Position numbers and translations under genes: made by a program
In this document: positions 16,501 to 25,800 of the stretch, one piece after another
Layout of the letters: each line of letters begins with the position of its first letter
Numbering within the stretch: the stretch's first letter is position 1
DNA from: a virus
Lineage: Duplodnaviria; Caudoviricetes
Length of the DNA stretch: 35,240 nucleotides
Direction: 5' to 3' (one strand)
Virus record (IMG/VR): IMGVR_UViG_3300025084_000099
Location: 1-35,240 of that record
The notes under the pieces: generated by a model
Told to the model about the DNA's origin: nothing
Databases searched by the model: none
The model's input: only the letters and a program-made list of their open reading frames with translations

Positions 16501-18872
16501 GAAGCACCACCACCGCCGCCGCCTCCACCTAAAATAGCAACCCAACCATTTTTAACAGAGTCGTAAATACCACTAGCGCCACCGCCACCGCCGCCACCGC
16601 CAGAACATCCTGAAGGACCAGAAGTGCCACCGTTTCCCCCACGAGCTACATTAGAACTTCCTCCTGATCCAGATCCGCTACCAGCAACACATCCAAATCC
16701 AGCTGATCCTTGATTGCCCAATCTTACAGTAAATGTCCTCGCAACATAATCAGGAAAATAAAGTGTTGCTCTTCTTCCAGCGCCACCGGGACCGGAAGCA
16801 CCACCAGCATCAGTACCACCATTCCTTCCGCTTGCAGCTGAGATATCTACATTAACATTAATGGCATAAGAAGGAATATTAGTAGTAAAATCGTTGGAGA
16901 ATGATTGATCATAATCAGTTATGCTAGTGTCTATCTGTATGACATTTATCGTAACGCATTTAGCATCACTGACCCCACCAGGTCCAGTTGCATAAATGCA
17001 ATATTGCGTAGAATTTGTAGGAGCAACTGCTACAGATCCGTTAATAACTCCACTTCCAACTATAGGAGTAGGTGTGCCAGAAGACCAAACTATACTATTT
17101 GCACTCCCAGTTGTACTCCAATTCAAATTAACATTTTGCCCCCTTGATATTGTTGATGTATTTGAAGTTAATGTAATTATTGGTCTAGTGTTAACGGTAA
17201 TAATTACACTTGCTGTACGTGTTCCAGTAGCAGTTGTTGCTCTAAAAGTATAAGTTGTCGTAGTTGTAGGACTTACTGTTACGCTGCCAGATGTGCCAGG
17301 ACTAGCAACACCAGTCATTGTGGTGCTACTAATAGTAGTATTTGCAGTAGCACTCCACGTAAGTGTTACAGATTCAGGAACTCCACCAGAAATAATTGTA
17401 TTATCAGCATCATCCGAAGTAAGAGTTACTACTGGGAAATCATCGTTGACTGTAATTGTTACACTTGTGGTAGATGTCCCATTAGCATTAGTTGCCGTAT
17501 ACGTATAAGTTGTTGTTACTGTGGGAGCAGGAAAATATATACCACTATTTCCCACAGTAGCAATAGGATTAGTTACAACTCCACCAGCAGTTGCAGTAAA
17601 AGTATTACCAGTAATAGCATCGCCATTAGTGGGGATAGAAGCAGAATATGTAAGCCTTAGACTTTGACCTTTATAAATGCTAGTAATATCGTTTGGTGGG
17701 GTGCTATAATCAGTTGCAGTTAGAGATACTGTTGGTGGTGCTGGAGGTACATATCCAGTCCAATCCATTGCAACACCATATGGACCACCATTATTAACAT
17801 GTTCAATCCGTAAAGTATGTTCACCAGCAGTAATATTATTTGGTGTAGTTAACGAAGTGTTGGCGTTATAAGTGTTAAGCGAAAATTGAAGTACATTATC
17901 AATGTATACATCAGCAGCATCATCTACAGATGTATTAAATATTTGTTTTCCAGTATTATTGAAATTGATTTTCCATTCAATTGATCTAATAACAGTACTG
18001 CCTTCAGGTTCATTACCACCTACGTTAAAGTTAGTTAAAAAAGTAGTCCATAAGTTGGCTGGATCAGATCCCTGAGCTCCTACAATATTATCAAGTTGAG
18101 GAGATCTAGTAGTCCAACTAAAATCTTCTGTGACAATTTGATCATCATAAGAAATTGTAATAAAAGCACTATTAGAACTAGAAGTTTGAAGAGTAGAAGC
18201 ACTGTTATGATATGAAGTGTTATATAATCCAGCACCACCAGCGCCGCCAAATCCACTACCATCATTACCACCTACGTAGGCATATCCAGGACCAATTGAA
18301 CCCGTAGTGCCACCAGGAAACCCTCCGCCAGCGCCGCCGCCAGCTCCATTCCAAGCGGCACCAGAATTCTGTCCAGCAGCACCATTAGATCCGCCACTAG
18401 TGTTAATATCAGAAGATGTTAATCCAGGAGCATCAGATTCTCCACTATAACAAATACACGCTCCTCCACCGCCTCCACCAGCACCAGCTAATACAGTACT
18501 CCCAATACGAATAGCAGTAGCGCCACCGCCGCCGCCGCCACCAGCAGCATTCCATCCACTACTACTATCGTAGGAATTATTATTACCACCACGTCCACCA
18601 TTCCAATATCCACCACCACCATTAGCGCCAGAATCTCCAAAACATCTAGATCCAGGTCCACCCATCGTTAATGTGAGTGTTGAACCAGCAACTCCAGTTA
18701 AAGTTCCAGATATTTTTTGTCCTCTAGCACCAGCAGCACCACTGCGATTTACACGAGTGCTAGCAGGACCACCCTGGCCACCTTTACCGCCATGAATAAT
18801 ATATGTAACATTAGCAGCATCCGAAGGAATAGCGTATGTAGTGTTAGAAGTAAATGTTTGAGTAGTTGCCAT
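13503..18872 (-). CDS. Large multi-domain virion/fibre protein (two Gly-rich domains, PA14-like, Ig/PKD-like repeats, vWA-like, two RQI modules)
   Basis: GGGGG tracts; VDDAADVYID...AGEHTLRIEH.N.GG (PA14-like); repeated TLxW...V.PT.TTTY; IDISGSM. Confidence 0.85.
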   Translation of the reverse strand: MATTQTFTSNTTYAIPSDAANVTYIIHGGKGGQGGPASTRVNRSGAAGARGQKISGTLTGVAGSTLTLTMGGPGSRCFGDSGANGGGGYWNGGRGGNNNSYDSSSGWNAAGGGGGGGATAIRIGSTVLAGAGGGGGGACICYSGESDAPGLTSSDINTSGGSNGAAGQNSGAAWNGAGGGAGGGFPGGTTGSIGPGYAYVGGNDGSGFGGAGGAGLYNTSYHNSASTLQTSSSNSAFITISYDDQIVTEDFSWTTRSPQLDNIVGAQGSDPANLWTTFLTNFNVGGNEPEGSTVIRSIEWKINFNNTGKQIFNTSVDDAADVYIDNVLQFSLNTYNANTSLTTPNNITAGEHTLRIEHVNNGGPYGVAMDWTGYVPPAPPTVSLTATDYSTPPNDITSIYKGQSLRLTYSASIPTNGDAITGNTFTATAGGVVTNPIATVGNSGIYFPAPTVTTTYTYTATNANGTSTTSVTITVNDDFPVVTLTSDDADNTIISGGVPESVTLTWSATANTTISSTTMTGVASPGTSGSVTVSPTTTTTYTFRATTATGTRTASVIITVNTRPIITLTSNTSTISRGQNVNLNWSTTGSANSIVWSSGTPTPIVGSGVINGSVAVAPTNSTQYCIYATGPGGVSDAKCVTINVIQIDTSITDYDQSFSNDFTTNIPSYAINVNVDISAASGRNGGTDAGGASGPGGAGRRATLYFPDYVARTFTVRLGNQGSAGFGCVAGSGSGSGGSSNVARGGNGGTSGPSGCSGGGGGGGGASGIYDSVKNGWVAILGGGGGGGGASWNVSATGGRTGTGMNTGNVNSISNGNNGSSCPTDGGGGGGGGGGATGGSGGNFGLDNNRGGVGGNGGQSAYDNSYCSFNYNSGSQNFGDGSARVRWDIGAPTIDSFTVSPSPIIAGESTRLTWTSTNSLSGSINNGVNAVTVPDSFIDVFPSDDTTYTLTVVGYGGLTDTDTVSVVVYIPPVLILVLNSPSIIVNGSTNLSWSITGDGDSLYWVAGGIINANLNSNVSLSPSVTTTYSGYVTGLGGTSPIASIELIVYYPPTLIVDYPAVIDYGQQAIIEYEGDYANTSVTLSATYNYDYVANTTDPITNLNVASSAEFGSNSPYSGTYNTNIVYTDRGPLSISYVITATGNGGSTSEAFTVLINVDKTPDNIDIDETGDLFKDADPVYTPETDVLSEMYYIDDIEIQVEVKSNNPILVDLNANQQWTKLRQIGTPPAVQGNSVGGNSMPTKPGVYYIKPRSLQTEAPLIAKSNLSAIEAAKLITCLSVIDETNNSYYNNQGNLNNVWQQNPPIIGGSVNNRRGFRTAFPYRTFYLLDPQGSGQSGIDVPTNFPGDPNAFGPIRVNRDEGNTGSRSDWFAICNFGSLPYGTIVSIWIDISGSMRLSTVRASYDYFLARCAAAGIEIVLSLSAAGERYIEGHIVYLPPSANFTAEDANGNTSNIEVIAGSPVTLSWIVFGDVNTLSISPGVLNITPSFNDFVDSAVVNPTSDTTYILNANGPAGTTTRQITISVLIPPTISLTSSQGLSIINGNCTTLSWSISGDGNSISWTQGGISNTNANSSAVVCPNDTTTYCVVASGPGGVSPETCIEITVYQNPTASITAPGVIDYSVNFTIDYETQYANTSIQITPTYTYLNGTVVTGTTINRTSANSAEINGGSGGTVSDTRANGTGVPITVPWNNFGPYQIDFVIVASGTGGTAQDTARTIVNIDQTPDNFVVDETDEKLKDQDPVYTPETEILSEMYLINDIDIPVEIKADYPIKVDINKNDDWDDVRQI
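13624..13649. repeat. 26-nt exact repeat TCTGTTTCTGGTGTATAGACAGGATC, copy 1
   Basis: Identical at 15319-15344 and 18995-19020. Confidence 0.95.
15319..15344. repeat. 26-nt exact repeat, copy 2
   Basis: Identical to the other copies; identity to copy 3 extends to 35 nt. Confidence 0.95.
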
Positions 18873-18873
18873 T

Positions 18874-20658
18874 TTAGATCTGCCTTACTTTTGTCCAATC
18901 ATTATCTTTATTAATGTCAACTAATATAGGATAATCAGATTTAATCTCCACCGGAATATCTATATCATCGACCAGATACATCTCAGATAAAATTTCTGTT
19001 TCTGGTGTATAGACAGGATCAGCATCTTTTAACTTTTCATCAGTTTCCTCAATAGTCATATTATCTGGAGTTTCATCAATAATAACAACAATAGATTTTT
19101 CTTGCACAAAAGAACCACCACTTCCTTCTCCAGTTAATCTTACAATGATTGATCTAGGACCAAAATTATCCCATTGAGGAGAGTATGGAACAGTTCCATC
19201 TGCATCTCTATTTTCATTAGCAGTTTCTGCAGAACCTGCCGTTGTTAAAACAACAGTTTCCTTTAGTACAGATGTTCCATCATTAGGACCAGCGATATAT
19301 CCAGAGTTAAAAAATTTAAGTTCTAAACTTGTGTTGGCATATTCTGTTTCATATACCACATTAAAAGCACCAGAACCATAGTTAATTTGAGAAGGAACTT
19401 CAAATTTTCCAATAGATGGTGCTGAAATTACAACTATTGTTACTGATGCTTCTGGATTAAATGAAACTAAATCCGAATTTGATGTATTGTATCCTTCAGC
19501 TGTATATGTTGTTGTGATTGTAGGAGTGACAGTAGAATTACTTTCTAAATTGCCATTAGTAATGTCGCCATTCGAGGGCCATCTGATAGCATCAGCATCA
19601 CCCTCTGTTCTCCAACTTAATATAGCATTTGGAGCTGTTGGTGTACATAGATATCTATTACTAGTAAGATAAACTTGAGGAAAAATAGTTTCAATTAATT
19701 CGATTATTGCTGCTGTTCCATCAGCACACCCACCAGTAGTTCCACCTCCAGATCCTGCAGCACCAACAACTGCCGGTGCATATGTTCCAGGAGTATAATC
19801 TGCTGTTGCTTCAAATGTTTCGTAAGATATAGTACCATAAGCAACAGCAGCTCCCCCACCACCTCTGCCCGTAGCACCTGGTTTAAGACCCGTAGCTGTA
19901 ACAGTAAAATCACGAATATAACTATTACTACCATATGTTTCCCCTGAGTTAGGAGCGGTTTGAAACCAAATATTGATTCCACTTGCCGATTTATTGTTAG
20001 TTCCATTCAAACTATATGGAGCTCCACCAGTGCCACCACCAGCAGCTGTTGATCCAGATGTAGTAATCGAGATGGTCCAACTATTATTTGCAAAAGGAGC
20101 AGTAAAAGAAAGACTATAATATTTTCCACTTGAAGGTGTGAATCCTCCTACTCCTTCTGCGCTTTCATTTTCATAATCTAGAGTAATATCAGCAGTGGAA
20201 CCGGATGCACTAAAATTATGAACATTAGTCGTGTTGTTAAAAAAGTGAGTAGATGAAGAAGTATATGTATTATATCCACTAGATCCATTTCCACCGTCTC
20301 GTTTAACAGTACCAATATATGCACCAATACCGCCAGTAGGCAGCGATCCACGATTTCCATTTGCAGAAGATACAGAAGTTCCAGCACCAGACCAAGTAAA
20401 TCCTTCTGTGGCTACTCCTCCCTGTCCACCAGCATTTTTTGTACTAACTCCCCCGCCAACACCTCCAGTTAAAGTAAATCCTAAAAAACTAGTTGTTCCA
20501 CCACTAGTTCCTGCTGTTCTAGTTAATGAAGTATTACCTAGAATATTTTCTCCGCCGCCACTAGCACCATACATCTTAAAAGATAAACTATAGATATAAG
20601 GATCTATAGTATAACCACTAATAGAGGTAGTAGAGGTAATAGTAGATGTGCGTGGCAT
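18874..20658 (-). CDS. Gly/Thr/Ser-rich virion/fibre protein with a C-terminal RQI module
   Basis: 594 aa; Gly-rich N-terminus, Ig-like unit, C-terminus paralogous to the modules of the 1789-aa protein. Confidence 0.85.
   Translation of the reverse strand: MPRTSTITSTTSISGYTIDPYIYSLSFKMYGASGGGENILGNTSLTRTAGTSGGTTSFLGFTLTGGVGGGVSTKNAGGQGGVATEGFTWSGAGTSVSSANGNRGSLPTGGIGAYIGTVKRDGGNGSSGYNTYTSSSTHFFNNTTNVHNFSASGSTADITLDYENESAEGVGGFTPSSGKYYSLSFTAPFANNSWTISITTSGSTAAGGGTGGAPYSLNGTNNKSASGINIWFQTAPNSGETYGSNSYIRDFTVTATGLKPGATGRGGGGAAVAYGTISYETFEATADYTPGTYAPAVVGAAGSGGGTTGGCADGTAAIIELIETIFPQVYLTSNRYLCTPTAPNAILSWRTEGDADAIRWPSNGDITNGNLESNSTVTPTITTTYTAEGYNTSNSDLVSFNPEASVTIVVISAPSIGKFEVPSQINYGSGAFNVVYETEYANTSLELKFFNSGYIAGPNDGTSVLKETVVLTTAGSAETANENRDADGTVPYSPQWDNFGPRSIIVRLTGEGSGGSFVQEKSIVVIIDETPDNMTIEETDEKLKDADPVYTPETEILSEMYLVDDIDIPVEIKSDYPILVDINKDNDWTKVRQI
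18995..19020. repeat. 26-nt exact repeat, copy 3
   Basis: Matches copy 1 over 35 nt plus 24 nt, separated by one differing codon. Confidence 0.95.
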
Positions 20659-20660
20659 TT

Positions 20661-21551
20661 TTAAAATTTAATAATGTATTCTACAAGAATGAATGGAGTA
20701 ACCAAATCATTTAGTTTTACTTGATCTGAAACATCTACATCAACTGTTGCGGCAACACTCGACATATCAATTTCTTGTAGAGGATGTGAATATGTAAAAT
20801 TTGAATTATAACTGTTTGGAGTTGTAATATTATGTTTATGCTTTGATACTGTCTCCCATTGTCTACTAAATCCAAACTGATGACCAGCTCCACTATTTGC
20901 TATTTTCTGTGCATAATCTTTACCACCAAAGAAAGATGTCGCATGATTATCACTATGATTTAAATACACAGTATTAGTGGTATTATGTGCATGTCCCTGG
21001 AAGTTATCAATATTCAATGTAGTTTCCGAAGTTTCGCGTTCTACATTATATCTTGGATTACCAAGCATATTAACAGTTCCACTTGCAGCAAGTTGCATAT
21101 TTCCATTATATGATGCTGTAATCGTATTTCCAAAATTAGATGTTACTTCAATTTGAGGACCAACTCTGTTTGAAACTACATTGGATGCACCTCCTGTATC
21201 AACAAAATCATTATTATACAAACCAGTTCCTCTACCACCAATAATAACTTTAGATCCTAAATCAGGTAATTGAAATTGCCCTAACTCATTAATACTAGGA
21301 TCCGCTGCTCTAATAATAGCACCATCTCTAGCAAATCTAGTTTCTTCACCAACTCCTAAAATTTGTGCAAGATTATAATAATCCTTAGCATTTAAAATAC
21401 TTCCATCACATCTAAGATATCCAGCAGGAATTTGTTCTTTAAATTTTGTAGCTGTTGGACTATTAGTGGATCCCAGACTAGGAGAAGAATGCACTAAAAT
21501 TTGTCCTGTACACCCTCCATATCTTGCTCTCTCGTTTGTATAATTTGCCAT
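20661..21551 (-). CDS. Tail-collar domain protein
   Basis: IPAGYLRCDGS...YYNLAQILG...FQLPDL; HAH and HKH motifs; ends YIIKF. Confidence 0.85.
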   Translation of the reverse strand: MANYTNERARYGGCTGQILVHSSPSLGSTNSPTATKFKEQIPAGYLRCDGSILNAKDYYNLAQILGVGEETRFARDGAIIRAADPSINELGQFQLPDLGSKVIIGGRGTGLYNNDFVDTGGASNVVSNRVGPQIEVTSNFGNTITASYNGNMQLAASGTVNMLGNPRYNVERETSETTLNIDNFQGHAHNTTNTVYLNHSDNHATSFFGGKDYAQKIANSGAGHQFGFSRQWETVSKHKHNITTPNSYNSNFTYSHPLQEIDMSSVAATVDVDVSDQVKLNDLVTPFILVEYIIKF

Positions 21552-21552
21552 T

Positions 21553-22839
21553 TTAGTATGCCCTGATGATGTATACGCAAGTTAATGTTGGTTGTGCTGT
21601 ATTCATATTAATCTGTAAAGAACCAGCGTTGCTAGTATTATCAAGAGTAGCATTAGGAACATTCAAAGAAGAATTCAATCTAGGTTGAGGTTTCAAACTA
21701 TTTTGATCATAAACGACCTGAAATGGGTCATGTACGTGTGCCTGTATAGATGAATCTAAGAAATCAGATCCTTCATTACTCACAAACGTTCCATATGCAC
21801 CCGATGATAGTTGATCAGGATAAAAATTTCTAAATCCATCAGGAATAGTGAAAACTTCACCAAAAAGACCATATGGAATCTCATCATCTTCTGAAAGAAG
21901 AGGTCTACCGGTAGATGGTGTTGATGGTAATGGTTGCCATTCTCCCCATACTGCAAGCGGACTATCCGAAAGATTGCCAGCTGATAAGTTAATTGGAGGA
22001 TTTTCTGAGTTGATTCTACCAACTGTTCTTCCAGGACTACCTAATCCATAACCACTATAACCTTCTGAAACAACTTCAGCTAAAGAACCGTTGTCAACCA
22101 ATTCTGTGTCTTCTTTATACCATTCTAAACCAATTCTAACGGTATCAACACTATCACCAAAAAGGTCGAGAATATCACTAGTCTCATCATATGCTGCATA
22201 ATTAACGGTCATTGTTATATTATCATATGGTATAACACCTAGACCTGGACGTTGTGATGTAGGACTTGCAATAGTTTCATATGTTCCAGGGTGTTGATGA
22301 TTTCTGATATGTTGATGTCCTAGTTTTCGTCCACCAATAAAAATTGATCTTTCTCCCTGACCAGGAACTGCTTCATTTCCACTAATTGCTCCAACATAAC
22401 CATTTCTATCATTAAGTGTAAAAACAACGTCTGTAGTTACATCATTAAAAACAGTATTAATACCATTATCTGTGTTTTCACCAATAAATGGTTCAATTAA
22501 TGGTCTAGCACCAGCATCAGTATCAATAACGTTTCCGGTTCCACCAGCAGCTGATGGTGCAAAATATGATCCTTCGATATCAACTAAAGCTCTTCCACCA
22601 AGAAGGTCCGGAAGTTTGAATTCTCCCGTATAATTTGGAAACCCACCTCCCAAATTTGAAGTTCCTTCATTATAAGTATCAGCAATTGCTTGTACAAGCA
22701 AAGGATAATCTTTTGCGTCTGGCGCACTTCCATCGCAAACAATCCACCCATCCGGAATTCCAGATAGAGGACCACTCCAAGGGATGATGCTGCCTATAAC
22801 GGCAGCTTTCATCTGTCTGATTGATTGATAGAAACTCAT
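21553..22839 (-). CDS. Tail-collar domain protein
   Basis: IGSIIPWSG...IPDGWIVCDGS...YPLL...FKLPDL; HQH and HVH motifs; ends YIIRAY. Confidence 0.88.
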   Translation of the reverse strand: MSFYQSIRQMKAAVIGSIIPWSGPLSGIPDGWIVCDGSAPDAKDYPLLVQAIADTYNEGTSNLGGGFPNYTGEFKLPDLLGGRALVDIEGSYFAPSAAGGTGNVIDTDAGARPLIEPFIGENTDNGINTVFNDVTTDVVFTLNDRNGYVGAISGNEAVPGQGERSIFIGGRKLGHQHIRNHQHPGTYETIASPTSQRPGLGVIPYDNITMTVNYAAYDETSDILDLFGDSVDTVRIGLEWYKEDTELVDNGSLAEVVSEGYSGYGLGSPGRTVGRINSENPPINLSAGNLSDSPLAVWGEWQPLPSTPSTGRPLLSEDDEIPYGLFGEVFTIPDGFRNFYPDQLSSGAYGTFVSNEGSDFLDSSIQAHVHDPFQVVYDQNSLKPQPRLNSSLNVPNATLDNTSNAGSLQINMNTAQPTLTCVYIIRAY

Positions 22840-22842
22840 CTC

Positions 22843-25800
22843 TTATACGTCCATTAGATACCAACCCTTGAGGGAAGTTGGAGCACCTGGTCCACCATCA
22901 GCTGATGTAGTTCCCGCATAAACTAATCCAAACGAAGCACGAGGTGTCTGAACAACTAACTCACCTGCGTTATAATTAGCAAGTTCACTAGGAGAAATTC
23001 CAGTTAACATTGCGGTGCCAGTATTAGAGGTTTCTCCCTGAATACCGTTGCCATTATCTGCTCTAACAACCATTGATATGTTATAAGTTAATGCCCCACC
23101 TATATCTATAATGCGAACCATATCGCCCATCAAAGGATTGGGAGGAAGTTTGACAAGTGTATTTCCAGTGCAATTAATAAAGTAATTAATGTTTGCATCA
23201 CACTCAACTACACTGCTAGCAGTATAAACCCACTTACGACCACCAGTTTGTGAGAAGTAATCACTAATACCAGCAACAGTAAGAGCACCATCATTTGCAA
23301 CATCAAAAATTGTAGTTCCATTAGAGTTAACTGTTAAATTACCACCATTAATCGTTAGGTCAGCTGATGCACGATATGGGAAATCAGTATCAGTAGTGCC
23401 AAATGCACCACCAATTTGAATAGCACCACCAAACTTACTTACTCCAGATCCATAAGCAGAGAACGAACCATATACTTCAAAGTCTCCAGAAGAGTTATTA
23501 AATGTCAATCTTGGTTCGGATAGATCTGCAACACCTGTAATGTCAGTGCCATAGAACTCCAGATCTCCTGTACTGTAGATGCTTCCCGTTGCTGTGTCAA
23601 CTTGGAAAGTAACGGCTTCAACAACACCGTCTCTACCACCATTTGAAAGAGTTAAGAACTCTGTATTACCTTGAGGGGTCAACTTAAATAGTTGACTATC
23701 AGAGTAAGCTGGTGTAGCAGCAGGATTACCCTTGACTGCAGCAAAAGTTGATCCTCTAAGTGTGATCGTATTATTTGTGGTTAAAGATCCTTGAGTAATA
23801 GTATTACCAGTGCTAGAATCAACAGTGAACTTATTAAATCCAACTCCAGCAAGAATATCACCGAAGATGTAAGTATCACCAGTTGTAGATTCAACTTTAA
23901 ATACATCAGCAGCAGGATTGCCACCATCATTAACAATCAAAGATTGTGGTGATGTAGAGATCAATTCAACAATCGATACAAATTCTGAACTTGATAGTCT
24001 GATATAATCAAGTAGAGAAATTGTTCCACCAAATTCAGCAACACCAATGTTAACATCAGCAGAACCACTACCAATGCCAGTTAATGGTTCATCTAGTTCA
24101 CCATTGTTATCAAGATCAGAACCTGTAATATAAGAAGCATTTCCTTGCTTAGTAAACTTAGAAATAACACAACCGTCTGGGTGGTCTGTATATGTTCCAG
24201 TACCTTCAGCACCTCTACTAACAATTAATCTAAATCCATTAGGATCTAGTGGATTAGCAATGTTTGCAATACCAATAACACGTAGAATTTCACTTTTTGC
24301 TTCATCTCTCAATCCAGTAATGATATTTGCACCAGTTCCGATCGAATCAGGAGATGCTGCATTTGCTCTATCAAGGAAGAGAAGATCACCAACTTGGAAA
24401 TCTCCAACAACAGGTTGAGAAATTGGCAAATAATAACTTGTGCCAGCAGAATTAGTTCCATTAACTTGGAAGGTAAGGTCTCCACCACCACCGCCACCCA
24501 ATTGGGAATCAGTAATAGTTAGAACTTCATTATCAGAATATCCTTCACCAGGACTCTCGATGCTAACATCAAGAGTATAGTCAAATCTAACGATAATTGT
24601 AAATGTAGAACCAGATCCAGCACCAGAAGTAGTTGCAGAAAGGAAGGAATATGTTCCAGGTGTTCTGTTGTTAGCACCATTGTTGACGAGATTATCAATA
24701 GAAGCAATCTGACCACCAGCAACCAAGAATGATGTTGAACCCCATTGAGATACACCAGCGGTATCAATAATTTTTCCAGTTGTCTCATACTTATAGAAGT
24801 CAATGTTTGGATTTTCGACACCACCAATTAAGTGCGGAATTCTGGTAGTTCCAAACTTACCTCTACCAACTTTAATAATACCAGCATTTAGACCACCGTC
24901 TAGTCTGATATTGCCCTCAACAATTGTAGAAGCAAGAACGTTCAGGGTGTTTCTGATGAATGTAGTACCACCAGTAGAACCTAGTGTAAACGTAGTTGCG
25001 TTCGTTGCAAGGTTGACAGTGTTAGTTTGATCACCATCAAAAAGATTAACAACTCTTGTTTGGGTGTATAATCTAGACTCACTAGTTCCAGCACCCCATC
25101 CGGTGCCAATTTCAAGATTGCCAGCAACTCCAGTATAGAATGTGCCAATCTTAGTATAAGATGTAGCATCTGCTTGAGTTGCCCATGCACCACCAAGTGT
25201 AATTTTACACTCAGATGTAGCATTGTTGCTTACAGTAGCAATATCAACAGTTGCATCATCAGCATTCCTGTGAATTTTAAGAACACCGGTTTGAGATGCC
25301 TCACCAACTAGAATTGTCTGTCTAGTGGTAGAGTTACCAATAGCAATGCTTTGATCAACCGTTTGGTTGTTCATAAAGTTCAGAATCTGACCATCACCGG
25401 CAAAATTAAGAATCTGTGCATTAGAATTAATAAAATTGAATGCATTGTTAGTGGTAGTAATATCTCCACCATTAACTTCAATATCTGCTTGGAAGTTAGC
25501 GTCATCCGAGAATCTAGAATCACCAATAACAACAAAGTTTCTATCTAAGTTATTAATAGGATTAACAGTATCATTAACAGCAGTATTAATACCTAGTCTT
25601 CCACTATTAGTGGTCATGACTCTTAAGGTAGAAATATCACTTGGATTTGCACTATCACCACCAACTAAGAATGCATTGTCCTGGTTAGTCTCTACATGAA
25701 TAATACTAGTTTCAGTTAAGTAAGATAAGATCTTCTTACCGCTAATAAAAGTATTACCAACAACATCTAAGTTTGCTCTTGGTTCAGTTTCATTGGATAC

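Noticed and set aside
16360-18545. (CCG/CCA)n runs resembling microsatellites and a poly-Pro plus-strand ORF
   Set aside because: They encode the poly-Gly tracts of the Gly-rich domains; triplet slippage would keep the frame and there is no sign of phase variation
13503-19100. Diversity-generating retroelement explanation for the repeated module
   Set aside because: No reverse transcriptase in the window, all copies are coding, and differences are not confined to adenines
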